Position numbers and translations under genes: made by a program
Shown here: positions 55,857-64,000 of the stretch, one piece after another
How positions within the stretch are numbered: position 1 is the stretch's first letter
Layout: each line of letters begins with the position of its first letter
Assembly (NCBI GenBank): GCA_946965045.2
Contig: OX337229.1
Location: 3,038,001-3,102,000 of the forward strand
Length of the DNA: 64,000 bases
Direction of reading: 5' to 3'
Source: Epithemia pelagica
Taxonomy: Eukaryota > Protista > Bacillariophyta
The notes under the pieces: generated by a model
The model's input: only the letters and a program-made list of their open reading frames with translations
What the model was told of the DNA's origin: nothing
The model's database searches: none

Positions 55857-57440
55857 ATGTTGTTTCGTCAAGTTTGCAATGGTGGTTTCGTCCTTGGTGT
55901 GGTTGGACTTTTGCTTCCCACGACCATTGTGGCTTCTTCCAATGGCGGCGGTAAAGTCCCTGGGGCAAAGTGTTTGACCATGGATACCATTTTTTCCGGT
56001 CTCAAGGAAATGGAATACGCTGTCCGAGGAACTGTGGTAATTGCGGCCGATCGCATTCACGATGAACTCCAAAAGAAGCAGGAGGACAACGACACTGTGC
56101 ACCACCCGTATCCATTTGATCGGATTGTCTATACCAACATTGGCAATCCCCATTCGGTGGGCCAATCGGCCTTGACGTGGCCCCGACAAGTCATGGCCTT
56201 GGTGGACTTGCCTGATTCGGTGGGTGTGGATCATCCCATGGCATCGACCATGTTCCCTGCCGATGCCATTTCTCGGGCTCGACAAATCAAGAATTATTTG
56301 CAAGGACATGGTTCTGGTGCCTACACGCATTCCAAGGGTGTGGCCCAAATTCGAAGCGAAGTAGCCGACTTTATTACGCGTCGCGATGGTGGAATACCAA
56401 CGGATGCGGACAATATCTTTTTGACCAATGGGGCATCGGCCGCCATTGAAATGGTCTTGTCAGCCCTGATTGCCCATGACAAGTGTGGCGTCCTCATCCC
56501 CATTCCACAATACCCGTTGTACTCGGCAACCTTGGATCGGCTGCAAGGCCAAAAGGTGGGATACTATCTCAAAGAGGAAGAAGGATGGGCACTGAGTTTG
56601 GACGAGTTGGAACGGGCGTATCAAGAAGCCACTGAACAGGGCATTGATGTGCGAGGGTTGGTGGTGATTAATCCAGGCAATCCGAGTGGATCAGTCTTGA
56701 CGAGATCGAATTTGCATCATGTGGTACAGTTTTGTTCCGACAAGAACCTAGTCCTCTTGGCGGATGAAGTGTATCAGGAGAATGTCTACGACGACAATGC
56801 CGAGTTTATTTCTTGCAAGCGGGCGGCACACGAAACAGGCTTGTTGGAACGCAATGCCATTGAATTGGTCTCCTTCCATTCCACGAGCAAGGGTGTCTTT
56901 GGTGAATGTGGCCGTCGAGGAGGGTACATGGAGTTGATTGGCATTGATCAAGACGTGATGGATCAATTGTACAAATTGGCGTCGTCCTTCTTGTGCAGTA
57001 GTACGAATGGTCAAGTTATGACCTCCCTCATGGTACGAGGACCGTCACCAGGAGATGTCTCGTACGAGAGCCACGAATCCGAAAAGAAAACAATTTGGGA
57101 ATCTTTGAAACGACGGAGTGGATTGGTCAGTCAAGGGTTGGATCAAATACCTGGCTTTAGCTGCCAACCAGCCACTGGATCCATGTATTGCTTTCCCTCG
57201 GTACAAATGCCGGACAAGGTGTTGCAGGAGGCAGAAGCAATGGGGACCGCCCCGGATACCATTTATGCCGTGTCCCTCCTCGAACGAACGGGGATTTGCG
57301 TCGTCCCTGCGTCTGGGTTTAGTCAACGCGAGGGACGATTTGGATTTCGCACCACCTTTTTACCCAGTGAAGAGGACATGTCGGCCGCCGTAGAACGAAT
57401 TCGGGAGCATTATACAGAGTTTTGCCAAAAGTATAGTTAA
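55857..57440 (+). CDS. Alanine aminotransferase family (AlaAT/GGAT), PLP-dependent
   Basis: NIGNPH, GAYTHSKG, IPIPQYPLYSA, VINPGNPSG, LLADEVYQ and SFHSTSKG..GECGRRGGY motifs. Confidence 0.93.
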   Translation: MLFRQVCNGGFVLGVVGLLLPTTIVASSNGGGKVPGAKCLTMDTIFSGLKEMEYAVRGTVVIAADRIHDELQKKQEDNDTVHHPYPFDRIVYTNIGNPHSVGQSALTWPRQVMALVDLPDSVGVDHPMASTMFPADAISRARQIKNYLQGHGSGAYTHSKGVAQIRSEVADFITRRDGGIPTDADNIFLTNGASAAIEMVLSALIAHDKCGVLIPIPQYPLYSATLDRLQGQKVGYYLKEEEGWALSLDELERAYQEATEQGIDVRGLVVINPGNPSGSVLTRSNLHHVVQFCSDKNLVLLADEVYQENVYDDNAEFISCKRAAHETGLLERNAIELVSFHSTSKGVFGECGRRGGYMELIGIDQDVMDQLYKLASSFLCSSTNGQVMTSLMVRGPSPGDVSYESHESEKKTIWESLKRRSGLVSQGLDQIPGFSCQPATGSMYCFPSVQMPDKVLQEAEAMGTAPDTIYAVSLLERTGICVVPASGFSQREGRFGFRTTFLPSEEDMSAAVERIREHYTEFCQKYS

Positions 57441-57621
57441 ATCAGTATAGTGATGGTGCTAGTGATACGACCCAAACATTGTTGTTCATTGAAAGCTCAC
57501 CCTCTATCATGTATAAAAAAGAGTCTTGGTCATGTGAGCATCCTTCTCTGATGCGACATACAAAACCTCGTCTTTCCAATGCTGGTCAATCCAAAACGAC
57601 TGAAATTCTCGCGCACACGCA

Positions 57622-59220
57622 TCATGAAATTCTCGCCGATTCATTCTGCAAGGCCAACTCCTCATCATGATTTGGCCGTGTCGCCGAGTTAGCACCTTCT
57701 TCCTCATCATCATTGTCATCCGCCGGTGCGTCGTCACCACTGGAATCTCCTGCTGCCCGAACAACGGATGCAAATTCCGATCGAATGCGCTCTTCAGCTT
57801 CTTGTTCGGCTTCCATCAGCAAATGTTGAAATTGCCAAGCACGAAGACAACACAGAGACCATACCATACCGGGCAATACCATTACGGACACGGCTTGCCA
57901 CCGAATGTCACCATCCGTGAGGGAGTCGAAATCGTCATTACCATCTTCCTGCTCACGGTTCGCGGCTTCCTTGTCAATTTCATAAGTCATGACATAGTTG
58001 AAGACCATCCACGCCACACCGGTTATGGCAGTGCCAATCAAGTAATACTTGGCCAATCGCAACGTATTGTGAGTCGTGGCCTGCAGACCCAAAATACCGA
58101 CATAGACGCCCATGATGGAAATAACCAGGTCCACCCAATTGGCAGCTTCCCAGGTTTCCGCGACATTCGACGAATTATCAAAGGCGTTGGTACTGTTCTG
58201 TGCCGGACTGGGATCGCTCGTGTTAAAAATATCGTCATCAATAGTGACCGTAAACTCCCCATTGGGAGAAATTCCTCCTCCTTCGTTTGCTTCTTCTTGA
58301 GGAACTCCCAAGGCAACTGCCAATAAATTCATTAATTCAATGGAGGAGATAATCAGCAGCATAAAGGAAAAGAGTTTGACATTGTTTTGGGCCTCCAAAT
58401 AATCGGAGGATCCCAACACCAAAATTTGAGATCGGCGCTCCGCTTCATCGGCATCCAACACAATGGTAGGAACGCGAGCGCCCTGGTCTTCTTCATCTCC
58501 ACTCTCATGGTTGGAGGAAGATGTGCGATTCGAATTGGCTTCTCCAGTGGCGCTTTCCGAAGCGTTGGCAGTCGAGTGATTCTCTTTAATAACGACCCGT
58601 GGCTTTGGAAACAAATGAACAATGGTCCGATCAGAGGTAATCCCAACATCCGCCAACTTATCTTCGTCTTGCAACATTTTTCCTCGGTAAATCAATCGTT
58701 GTCGATCGGAGGATACCTTGTGTATTTTGGCCCCTGCCTCCTTGAGTGCGGCCACGGACGCGGTTGGATGGACGGGCACTTGAAATTTCTTTTGTGCCAC
58801 ATCGAGAATCACGACAGTTAATCTTCGTCCATCATCGTCGCTGTCAAGTTCCTCCTCGACGGCGTCACCCTCTTTGGATTGGTTGTGCAATGTATCGTCA
58901 CCGTCCGGATCTTCTTCCGTCATTAACCTTGTCTTGGAGGATCCTTTTCCACGTTTGGTCCTACGCTTTTCTCTCGCAGTGTTTCCCGATGATTCTCCAG
59001 TTTCAACGTCATGGTGGTGATCGTCATCGTCCTCTTCAGAGAGACGATTGTAGCGATTGTTCCGCTCCGTGCGCCCCGTTGTGGTACTATTGCTACTGCG
59101 ATTCGATTCGAGATCCTCCGTTCGACGGCGAGTATTGCTTTGTGTAGTTTCCGATGACCCTTCTTCGGAAGAAGAGACTTGTGCGTAATTGCTTCGTCGT
59201 TGTGGACCTCGTGGAGCCAT
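57622..59220 (-). CDS. Ubiquitin-like domain protein with C-terminal multi-pass TM region
   Basis: UBL: VAALKE....HKV..DRQRLIYRGKMLQD..KL.DVGI. About four hydrophobic helices and acidic linkers. Start MAPRGPQRR is inferred. Confidence 0.8.
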   Translation of the reverse strand: MAPRGPQRRSNYAQVSSSEEGSSETTQSNTRRRTEDLESNRSSNSTTTGRTERNNRYNRLSEEDDDDHHHDVETGESSGNTAREKRRTKRGKGSSKTRLMTEEDPDGDDTLHNQSKEGDAVEEELDSDDDGRRLTVVILDVAQKKFQVPVHPTASVAALKEAGAKIHKVSSDRQRLIYRGKMLQDEDKLADVGITSDRTIVHLFPKPRVVIKENHSTANASESATGEANSNRTSSSNHESGDEEDQGARVPTIVLDADEAERRSQILVLGSSDYLEAQNNVKLFSFMLLIISSIELMNLLAVALGVPQEEANEGGGISPNGEFTVTIDDDIFNTSDPSPAQNSTNAFDNSSNVAETWEAANWVDLVISIMGVYVGILGLQATTHNTLRLAKYYLIGTAITGVAWMVFNYVMTYEIDKEAANREQEDGNDDFDSLTDGDIRWQAVSVMVLPGMVWSLCCLRAWQFQHLLMEAEQEAEERIRSEFASVVRAAGDSSGDDAPADDNDDEEEGANSATRPNHDEELALQNESARIS

Positions 59221-59826
59221 GGTATTTTGTGGGGAGTCAAAAATGTCTGGGAATGAGAAACAGAGTACAATCACTGTAGACAACAACACACCGTTATCCT
59301 CGAACCACAGAGCAGTCCTTGGTATCAGCAAACGCAATTCTGATTGTCTTGATTGTGTAGTTTGGTTGTCTTACGATTCAATGGGAAGCACAATGAATCA
59401 TCCACAATGCATCCGCGACAACAACAAACCCAACCCAACTCGAGACAACACCATAAGGAAAACAAGAAACACAACAGAAACGTGGAAGCACGACCGCCGG
59501 CACCAAAGAGACACACACCCAGCCCAAATTTTGATGCTTCCCCACAATTTACCGAGGTTGCGTGTTGTGCCCGCGAGAAGACGGGAGAGGAAGACGGCCC
59601 CGCGTCAACCCTCTTCTCGTTTTTGTCGAGTCAAGCCCGCCCGACGTTCCTACACATAGACGATCTCGCGCGGGATTCGTCTTGGGGGAGGAGGGGTGAC
59701 TCGGGTGGAAAGGGTCTATTTGGGGGTGGATGTCTTTAATAAAGCGATCTATAAGCGATCCACAGACGTCTGAAAATGCCGCACTTCTTCCCCCCCGCCG
59801 CCCGCCGCGCGCAGCCCATCATTGGC

Positions 59827-60056
59827 ATGCGTTTTGTCGACACCGGGTTCCAAGGATTGTGTTCCATGCATATTCGGCATTGGTCATTGGTCAAGTCATT
59901 CCATTTCATGGAATTTGATTGGATGACATGCTGACATTCGTTTGGGTCGCGCAGGTGCGCACCGACACAGACACAGCGCAGTAGAAGATGTTCTTTTGAT
60001 GTGTGTCTGTCTTTGACAGAACAAATCTTTTGGAACCCCGTGTCGACAACAAGCAT
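59827..60056. repeat. ~230-bp segment bounded by long inverted repeats (MITE-like or hairpin)
   Basis: TTGTCGACACCGGGTTCCAA (59834-59853) vs TTGGAACCCCGTGTCGACAA (60030-60049): 19/20 complementary, extending imperfectly both ways. Confidence 0.65.
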
Positions 60057-60351
60057 ACACACGCGATCGAAAGTCCCTTCTTCACATTGCACTAGATCTT
60101 ATCGTTGGTCTACCCTCCTGTGCCATTGACGGAACAGAACTCTTGGGTCTACACATACGTGCCCAACCCAAACTGGTCGTCGACGTTGTCCTCCTACCAC
60201 CAGCTGCAGTGTATCATTTGAGAACTGTCTTTGAGCAACGTTCGCAACAAGGACAGGTGCCCGCAGCAAAAGAGAATAGAAAGACTTGAGTGTGTCACGA
60301 GACGAACGCATAATTGCGGCAAAGACCCAGTAGGTAGTTACTTGTTACACC

Positions 60352-61938
60352 ATGAGTCAACCAAATGTGGATGTTCGTCGCCGCAATTCTTTACCGGCAC
60401 GAGTACGAAGGTCATCCTTGTCACTGCAACGCATGAGCCAACAAATGAAACTCAATCCCTACGTTGGTTGGTTCCGACATTCTCCGGATACATCCTCCTC
60501 TTCCGTAGGCTCAACGACCATTGCAGCCTCTTGGAAGAAACATCAGCAAGCCTTTTACAATTCTTCACGGACTTCAGCTTTGGCGCTGTCATCATCATCA
60601 TCCCTGCATGTCCAGAAATTGGCGCCCTTACATGCATCTCCCTATGTGGGCTACTTTCGGCATTCTCCTACTGCGGCTCTCTTCAAGGCCATGGAAGATG
60701 AGCTCTTTACCCTTTTCAAGGCATTTCTTCCTTCGCTCAAGGTCTCGTGTGTCCAAGAATTGGCCGACTTTTTGGCCGGCCGATTGCGTGGTGGAAGTCC
60801 CTGGTGGTCCGAGAACCCGGCGAAAGAAGGTGGAGGAAACCACAGTGCTCTCTTGAATGCTCGAGTCTTGTCTCGCATTGTCGGGTGGATATTAGCACCC
60901 TTGCTTGGAGAGAAAACCACGGCAGCCTACAAGTCCTTGTTGGTAGACAGCACCAGTCGTACGAATAGAGAGGAGTCTTTGGCCGCAGCCTTTGGCTCCT
61001 CCGATGTGGAACAGGAAGCCTCGGTCGCGCGGTCCAATGCGGTGGACTCGAACCAAGAGGACGATCTAGACTCGTCCGAACGAGATGTTGAGGAGGCATG
61101 GCATGTGGATCATGCGTCGGTACCACCACCCGATACCATTTCGAGACACGCGGAGTCACTCTTTGCGCAACAAGCGGCTAGAGAATTGAATCCAGACGAA
61201 GCCATACCTTCCAGATTAGATTTTGTCATTACGCAACTGGACATAATACGGATGCAACGAAATGCCAGTCGCCATTTGGATGTTCAATCCATTTACCAGC
61301 TTCCGACTGTCACCTATCTGAAACATCAACGGACAAGCACTGGCTGTATCAAGGCAAGCGAAGGATCCGGTCGGCAGAACACCACAGGTGTCAAAGACAC
61401 TCAGGTTCCAGACCAATCCACTCGTCCTGCCGAAGAGGGTTGGAGCTGGATGCTCGTCGCAGAGCATGATGAGTCGACCCTGTCACCGCCATTGGAAAAC
61501 AGTACTCAAGACGATCCAAGTGTCTGTTGCCCTGGACAACGAAATCTTGCAAAGGAACAACAACATCCCGTCGAAGATGTTTGTGTCATTTGTTTGGAGC
61601 CATTTGCCTATGGCGACCGTCTTCGTGTTTTACCCTGTGGTCATTCGTTTCATATGGGATGTATTGATCGATGGCTTTCTGGATCGGCCAGTTTTGATGA
61701 ATGTCATACTGCTGGATGTCCCATGTGCAAGAAACGACCAACCGTTGTGCAAGAAACAGACGCTGCGGAAGATCAAGAACAACGGCATCATCTTTACTAC
61801 GAGCATGATGGTGAGGAAGAAGAACGCGAAGGAGAATTACGGCCCGATGGCTCCGTGCCTTCTTGGGCCTTCAGCCAATTGGGTTCGGCCCTTTTGGAAC
61901 GAGATGCCCAACAGATACGGTATTGCTCCAATGCGTAG
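60352..61938 (+). CDS. RING-H2 zinc-finger E3 ubiquitin ligase
   Basis: [32 protein letters not shown]...CPMCK (C3H2C3). Confidence 0.88.
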   Translation: MSQPNVDVRRRNSLPARVRRSSLSLQRMSQQMKLNPYVGWFRHSPDTSSSSVGSTTIAASWKKHQQAFYNSSRTSALALSSSSSLHVQKLAPLHASPYVGYFRHSPTAALFKAMEDELFTLFKAFLPSLKVSCVQELADFLAGRLRGGSPWWSENPAKEGGGNHSALLNARVLSRIVGWILAPLLGEKTTAAYKSLLVDSTSRTNREESLAAAFGSSDVEQEASVARSNAVDSNQEDDLDSSERDVEEAWHVDHASVPPPDTISRHAESLFAQQAARELNPDEAIPSRLDFVITQLDIIRMQRNASRHLDVQSIYQLPTVTYLKHQRTSTGCIKASEGSGRQNTTGVKDTQVPDQSTRPAEEGWSWMLVAEHDESTLSPPLENSTQDDPSVCCPGQRNLAKEQQHPVEDVCVICLEPFAYGDRLRVLPCGHSFHMGCIDRWLSGSASFDECHTAGCPMCKKRPTVVQETDAAEDQEQRHHLYYEHDGEEEEREGELRPDGSVPSWAFSQLGSALLERDAQQIRYCSNA

Positions 61939-62286
61939 GAAAAGATGCACTGGCTGCCAAGGAAGCTGCCTCTCCTAGTTACTTATTTTGTTCTGATTGG
62001 TTTCGTGCGATGACGTCTTGGTTCATAACTCTTACAGTGAGATAGTAGATTGCTGAAATTATGATAGTGATAATAATGACTCCTCATATTGATTACTCCG
62101 CCCATGCTCCGCGTGCCCGATAACTTACCCCCTAACGCCGCTACCCGTCCGGGGTAGTCGAATGCACCCTCTCTCATTCACGACCAGGACTCACCCTTCC
62201 GCAAGGCGTATCCCCCCAGCGGGGGTGATTTATGAAGATAAGATTCGATTCTGGTGTGCAAACTTTGCACCGCGAGATTACGACAC

Positions 62287-64000
62287 ATGTGCGACCCGAC
62301 TATTCAACCCTGCTTGGAGGTACCGCTAGGGGGTATTCGTGTAAATCTGGGCCACGACCATCGGCAGAAGCAATCAAACCATGTGACGATGATGGCTCTC
62401 TCGAACGTTTTGAAAATCATCGAAAGTGTCGACAGAGACGTTGAAGATGAAAACAACTGGAATGATTTATCGCCAGAGCATCAAGAGGCGATCAAAAACT
62501 ACCAGCATGTCGATGGACGTGAGAGCACCTTGTTTAGTTTGGAGCATTTCGACAAAAGGAAATTGTTGAACCTTTTAAGCCCAGATGAGAAAGACGCAAT
62601 GAGGGAAACTAATCCCGACCAAAAGACTTTTAGCTTGCCCCTCACGATTGCTGCTCAGAAATTAGAAATCTGCTGCTTGCAAATTGAAAACAACTTACAG
62701 GCTCATATCGACGATGCTACAAGGGCCAACAACGACCCGCGTACACTGGAAATCCTTCAATTCTACGGAAAATTCTTTGATCGAAAATTTCAAAGGCCAC
62801 CACGCCAATCGGAAGGAGTAGTCAGTGACACCAACGATTGCAGCGTATGCACCGTTTGCGACACTCTCAAAGCGGAACAAATTCACTTCAACATGTTTGC
62901 TGATGAGAGTCAAATTCAATTCCAAAGATTCAAGAGTTTCGAGATGGGTGGAGACAGGGATTCTTTTCGAGGCCATGAAGAAGGAGAAACGGACGCACAA
63001 CACCTTGATCGTATCATGGCCCGTTTCGGTTTTGAAGATAATCTGCGGGCCAGCCTGTCTCCGTTCCTCGAAGATGCGCTGGAGAACCTCATTTGTGCAA
63101 GATGCTTCTTGTCATCGCGCCCACCTCCGACACTTGAACCGCTGACGCAACTTGTTTTCTCCGCCTTTCTGGAAAACCTCATTCGGAAGATGGAAAGAGC
63201 ATTTACCGGAACAAAAGCAAACGTAGTCCTCGTCAATGGGATGGACTCTGTCAATCGGGAGGTGGAAGTTTGTCGAAACTACATGGAGATGAATGCCAAG
63301 AGAAGAAGGGTGGCACCGAGAGGAACAAGCAAGAAAACAACCTTAAAAATCCAGTCAGATTTTGCTATCATCGAAGGACGCCCGAACGACACTCGGTATG
63401 CGGCAGAGAATAGCGACGTTGGAATACACCAAAAGCAAATTTTCCTGCATTGCAAAGTAAACGTGGAAATGAAACAATGGAATCTTTTATATGGGAGGAA
63501 GAACAGATCCCCATTGACACAAGTTGCGGCCGAATCAATGGTGCGCTACCAGGAACTACGACAAAACAGCCCCAAAACTCTGCCAGAAACACTGTTTTCG
63601 CTTTTGACGGATTGCTCGACGCTCTATTGTGTTCTTCACCATGTCGAGAATAAAGAATATTGGATATCGCGCTCGGTTAGTTCCCCTAAAGTTGTTCTTG
63701 TTGGCATATGTTGGCTGTTTCTCTCTTCGATTGGAAAAATGCACACCAACGTGCGTGATTGGGAGATACACGATAAGGATCTTGCTGGAAGAGTTAAATC
63801 TGAGAGCGAAAACAAATCGTGCTCAATTTTGGACAGTGTTGATGAGGAAGGGAAAGAGGAACATGCTAAGGACCAAGACGCTGACGGGACAGAGAACGCT
63901 ACATTCCCCCAAGACACGAATGTAGAGCCTGGTACATCTATGTCCGTTTTCAGATTTCGGGACGACGAGGAAGAGGAAGAAAGGCTGAACTGGCACACGT
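62287..64000 (+). CDS. Partial ORF (>571 aa, runs off window) with putative PD-(D/E)XK restriction-endonuclease-like domain
   Basis: Manually translated; no stop from ATG 62287 to the window end, so it is absent from the ORF track. Motifs SDFAII..., NVEMK, PLTQVAAE and LLTDCSTLY. Confidence 0.7.
   Translation, partial: MCDPTIQPCLEVPLGGIRVNLGHDHRQKQSNHVTMMALSNVLKIIESVDRDVEDENNWNDLSPEHQEAIKNYQHVDGRESTLFSLEHFDKRKLLNLLSPDEKDAMRETNPDQKTFSLPLTIAAQKLEICCLQIENNLQAHIDDATRANNDPRTLEILQFYGKFFDRKFQRPPRQSEGVVSDTNDCSVCTVCDTLKAEQIHFNMFADESQIQFQRFKSFEMGGDRDSFRGHEEGETDAQHLDRIMARFGFEDNLRASLSPFLEDALENLICARCFLSSRPPPTLEPLTQLVFSAFLENLIRKMERAFTGTKANVVLVNGMDSVNREVEVCRNYMEMNAKRRRVAPRGTSKKTTLKIQSDFAIIEGRPNDTRYAAENSDVGIHQKQIFLHCKVNVEMKQWNLLYGRKNRSPLTQVAAESMVRYQELRQNSPKTLPETLFSLLTDCSTLYCVLHHVENKEYWISRSVSSPKVVLVGICWLFLSSIGKMHTNVRDWEIHDKDLAGRVKSESENKSCSILDSVDEEGKEEHAKDQDADGTENATFPQDTNVEPGTSMSVFRFRDDEEEEERLNWHT

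Noticed and set aside
59736-60311. Cys-rich 118-aa and 70-aa minus-strand ORFs
   Set aside because: They overlap the inverted-repeat element and the promoter region, and the Cys spacing matches no zinc-finger pattern.
62100-62230. GC-rich patch with small hairpins and CCCTAAC as a telomerase RNA template
   Set aside because: It is a single 7-mer match with short stems, consistent with chance; no other supporting features.

Overview
Gene-dense eukaryotic nuclear DNA from a diatom, probably a pennate one. The evidence is the diatom PSII subunit Psb31 with a bipartite 'AAAFSP' plastid presequence, short GT-AG introns, a diatom-style type II LRR membrane protein and CAA-rich low-complexity coding regions; the species cannot be determined from sequence alone. 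About 28 host genes are supportable, including Psb31, NPRL3, a MORN protein, an LRR protein, a four-domain secreted protein, a MIC19-like protein, a CinA-nucleotidyltransferase fusion, a CDKC/CDK12-type kinase, aprataxin, an MFS transporter, SET, BAG, WD40, ARM, CTL/PNS1, NFS1, an alpha-hydroxy acid oxidase, a DAO-family oxidoreductase, AlaAT, a UBL-TM protein and a RING-H2 ligase. The most striking element is an apparently intact ~4.9 kb DNA transposon (26450-31349). It carries a PIF/Harbinger-type DDE transposase plus three accessory ORFs (twin-module protein, putative DNA-binding protein, KOW protein), bounded by short inverted ends and same-orientation CGATACA arrays. Also notable: a very regular ~100-nt hairpin in a gene-free interval, a MITE-like inverted repeat, a recurrent intergenic TAGGAGTA motif with palindromes, and a PD-(D/E)XK-like ORF that runs off the right edge and is absent from the ORF track. 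All assignments come from motif recognition by eye; no searches were run.
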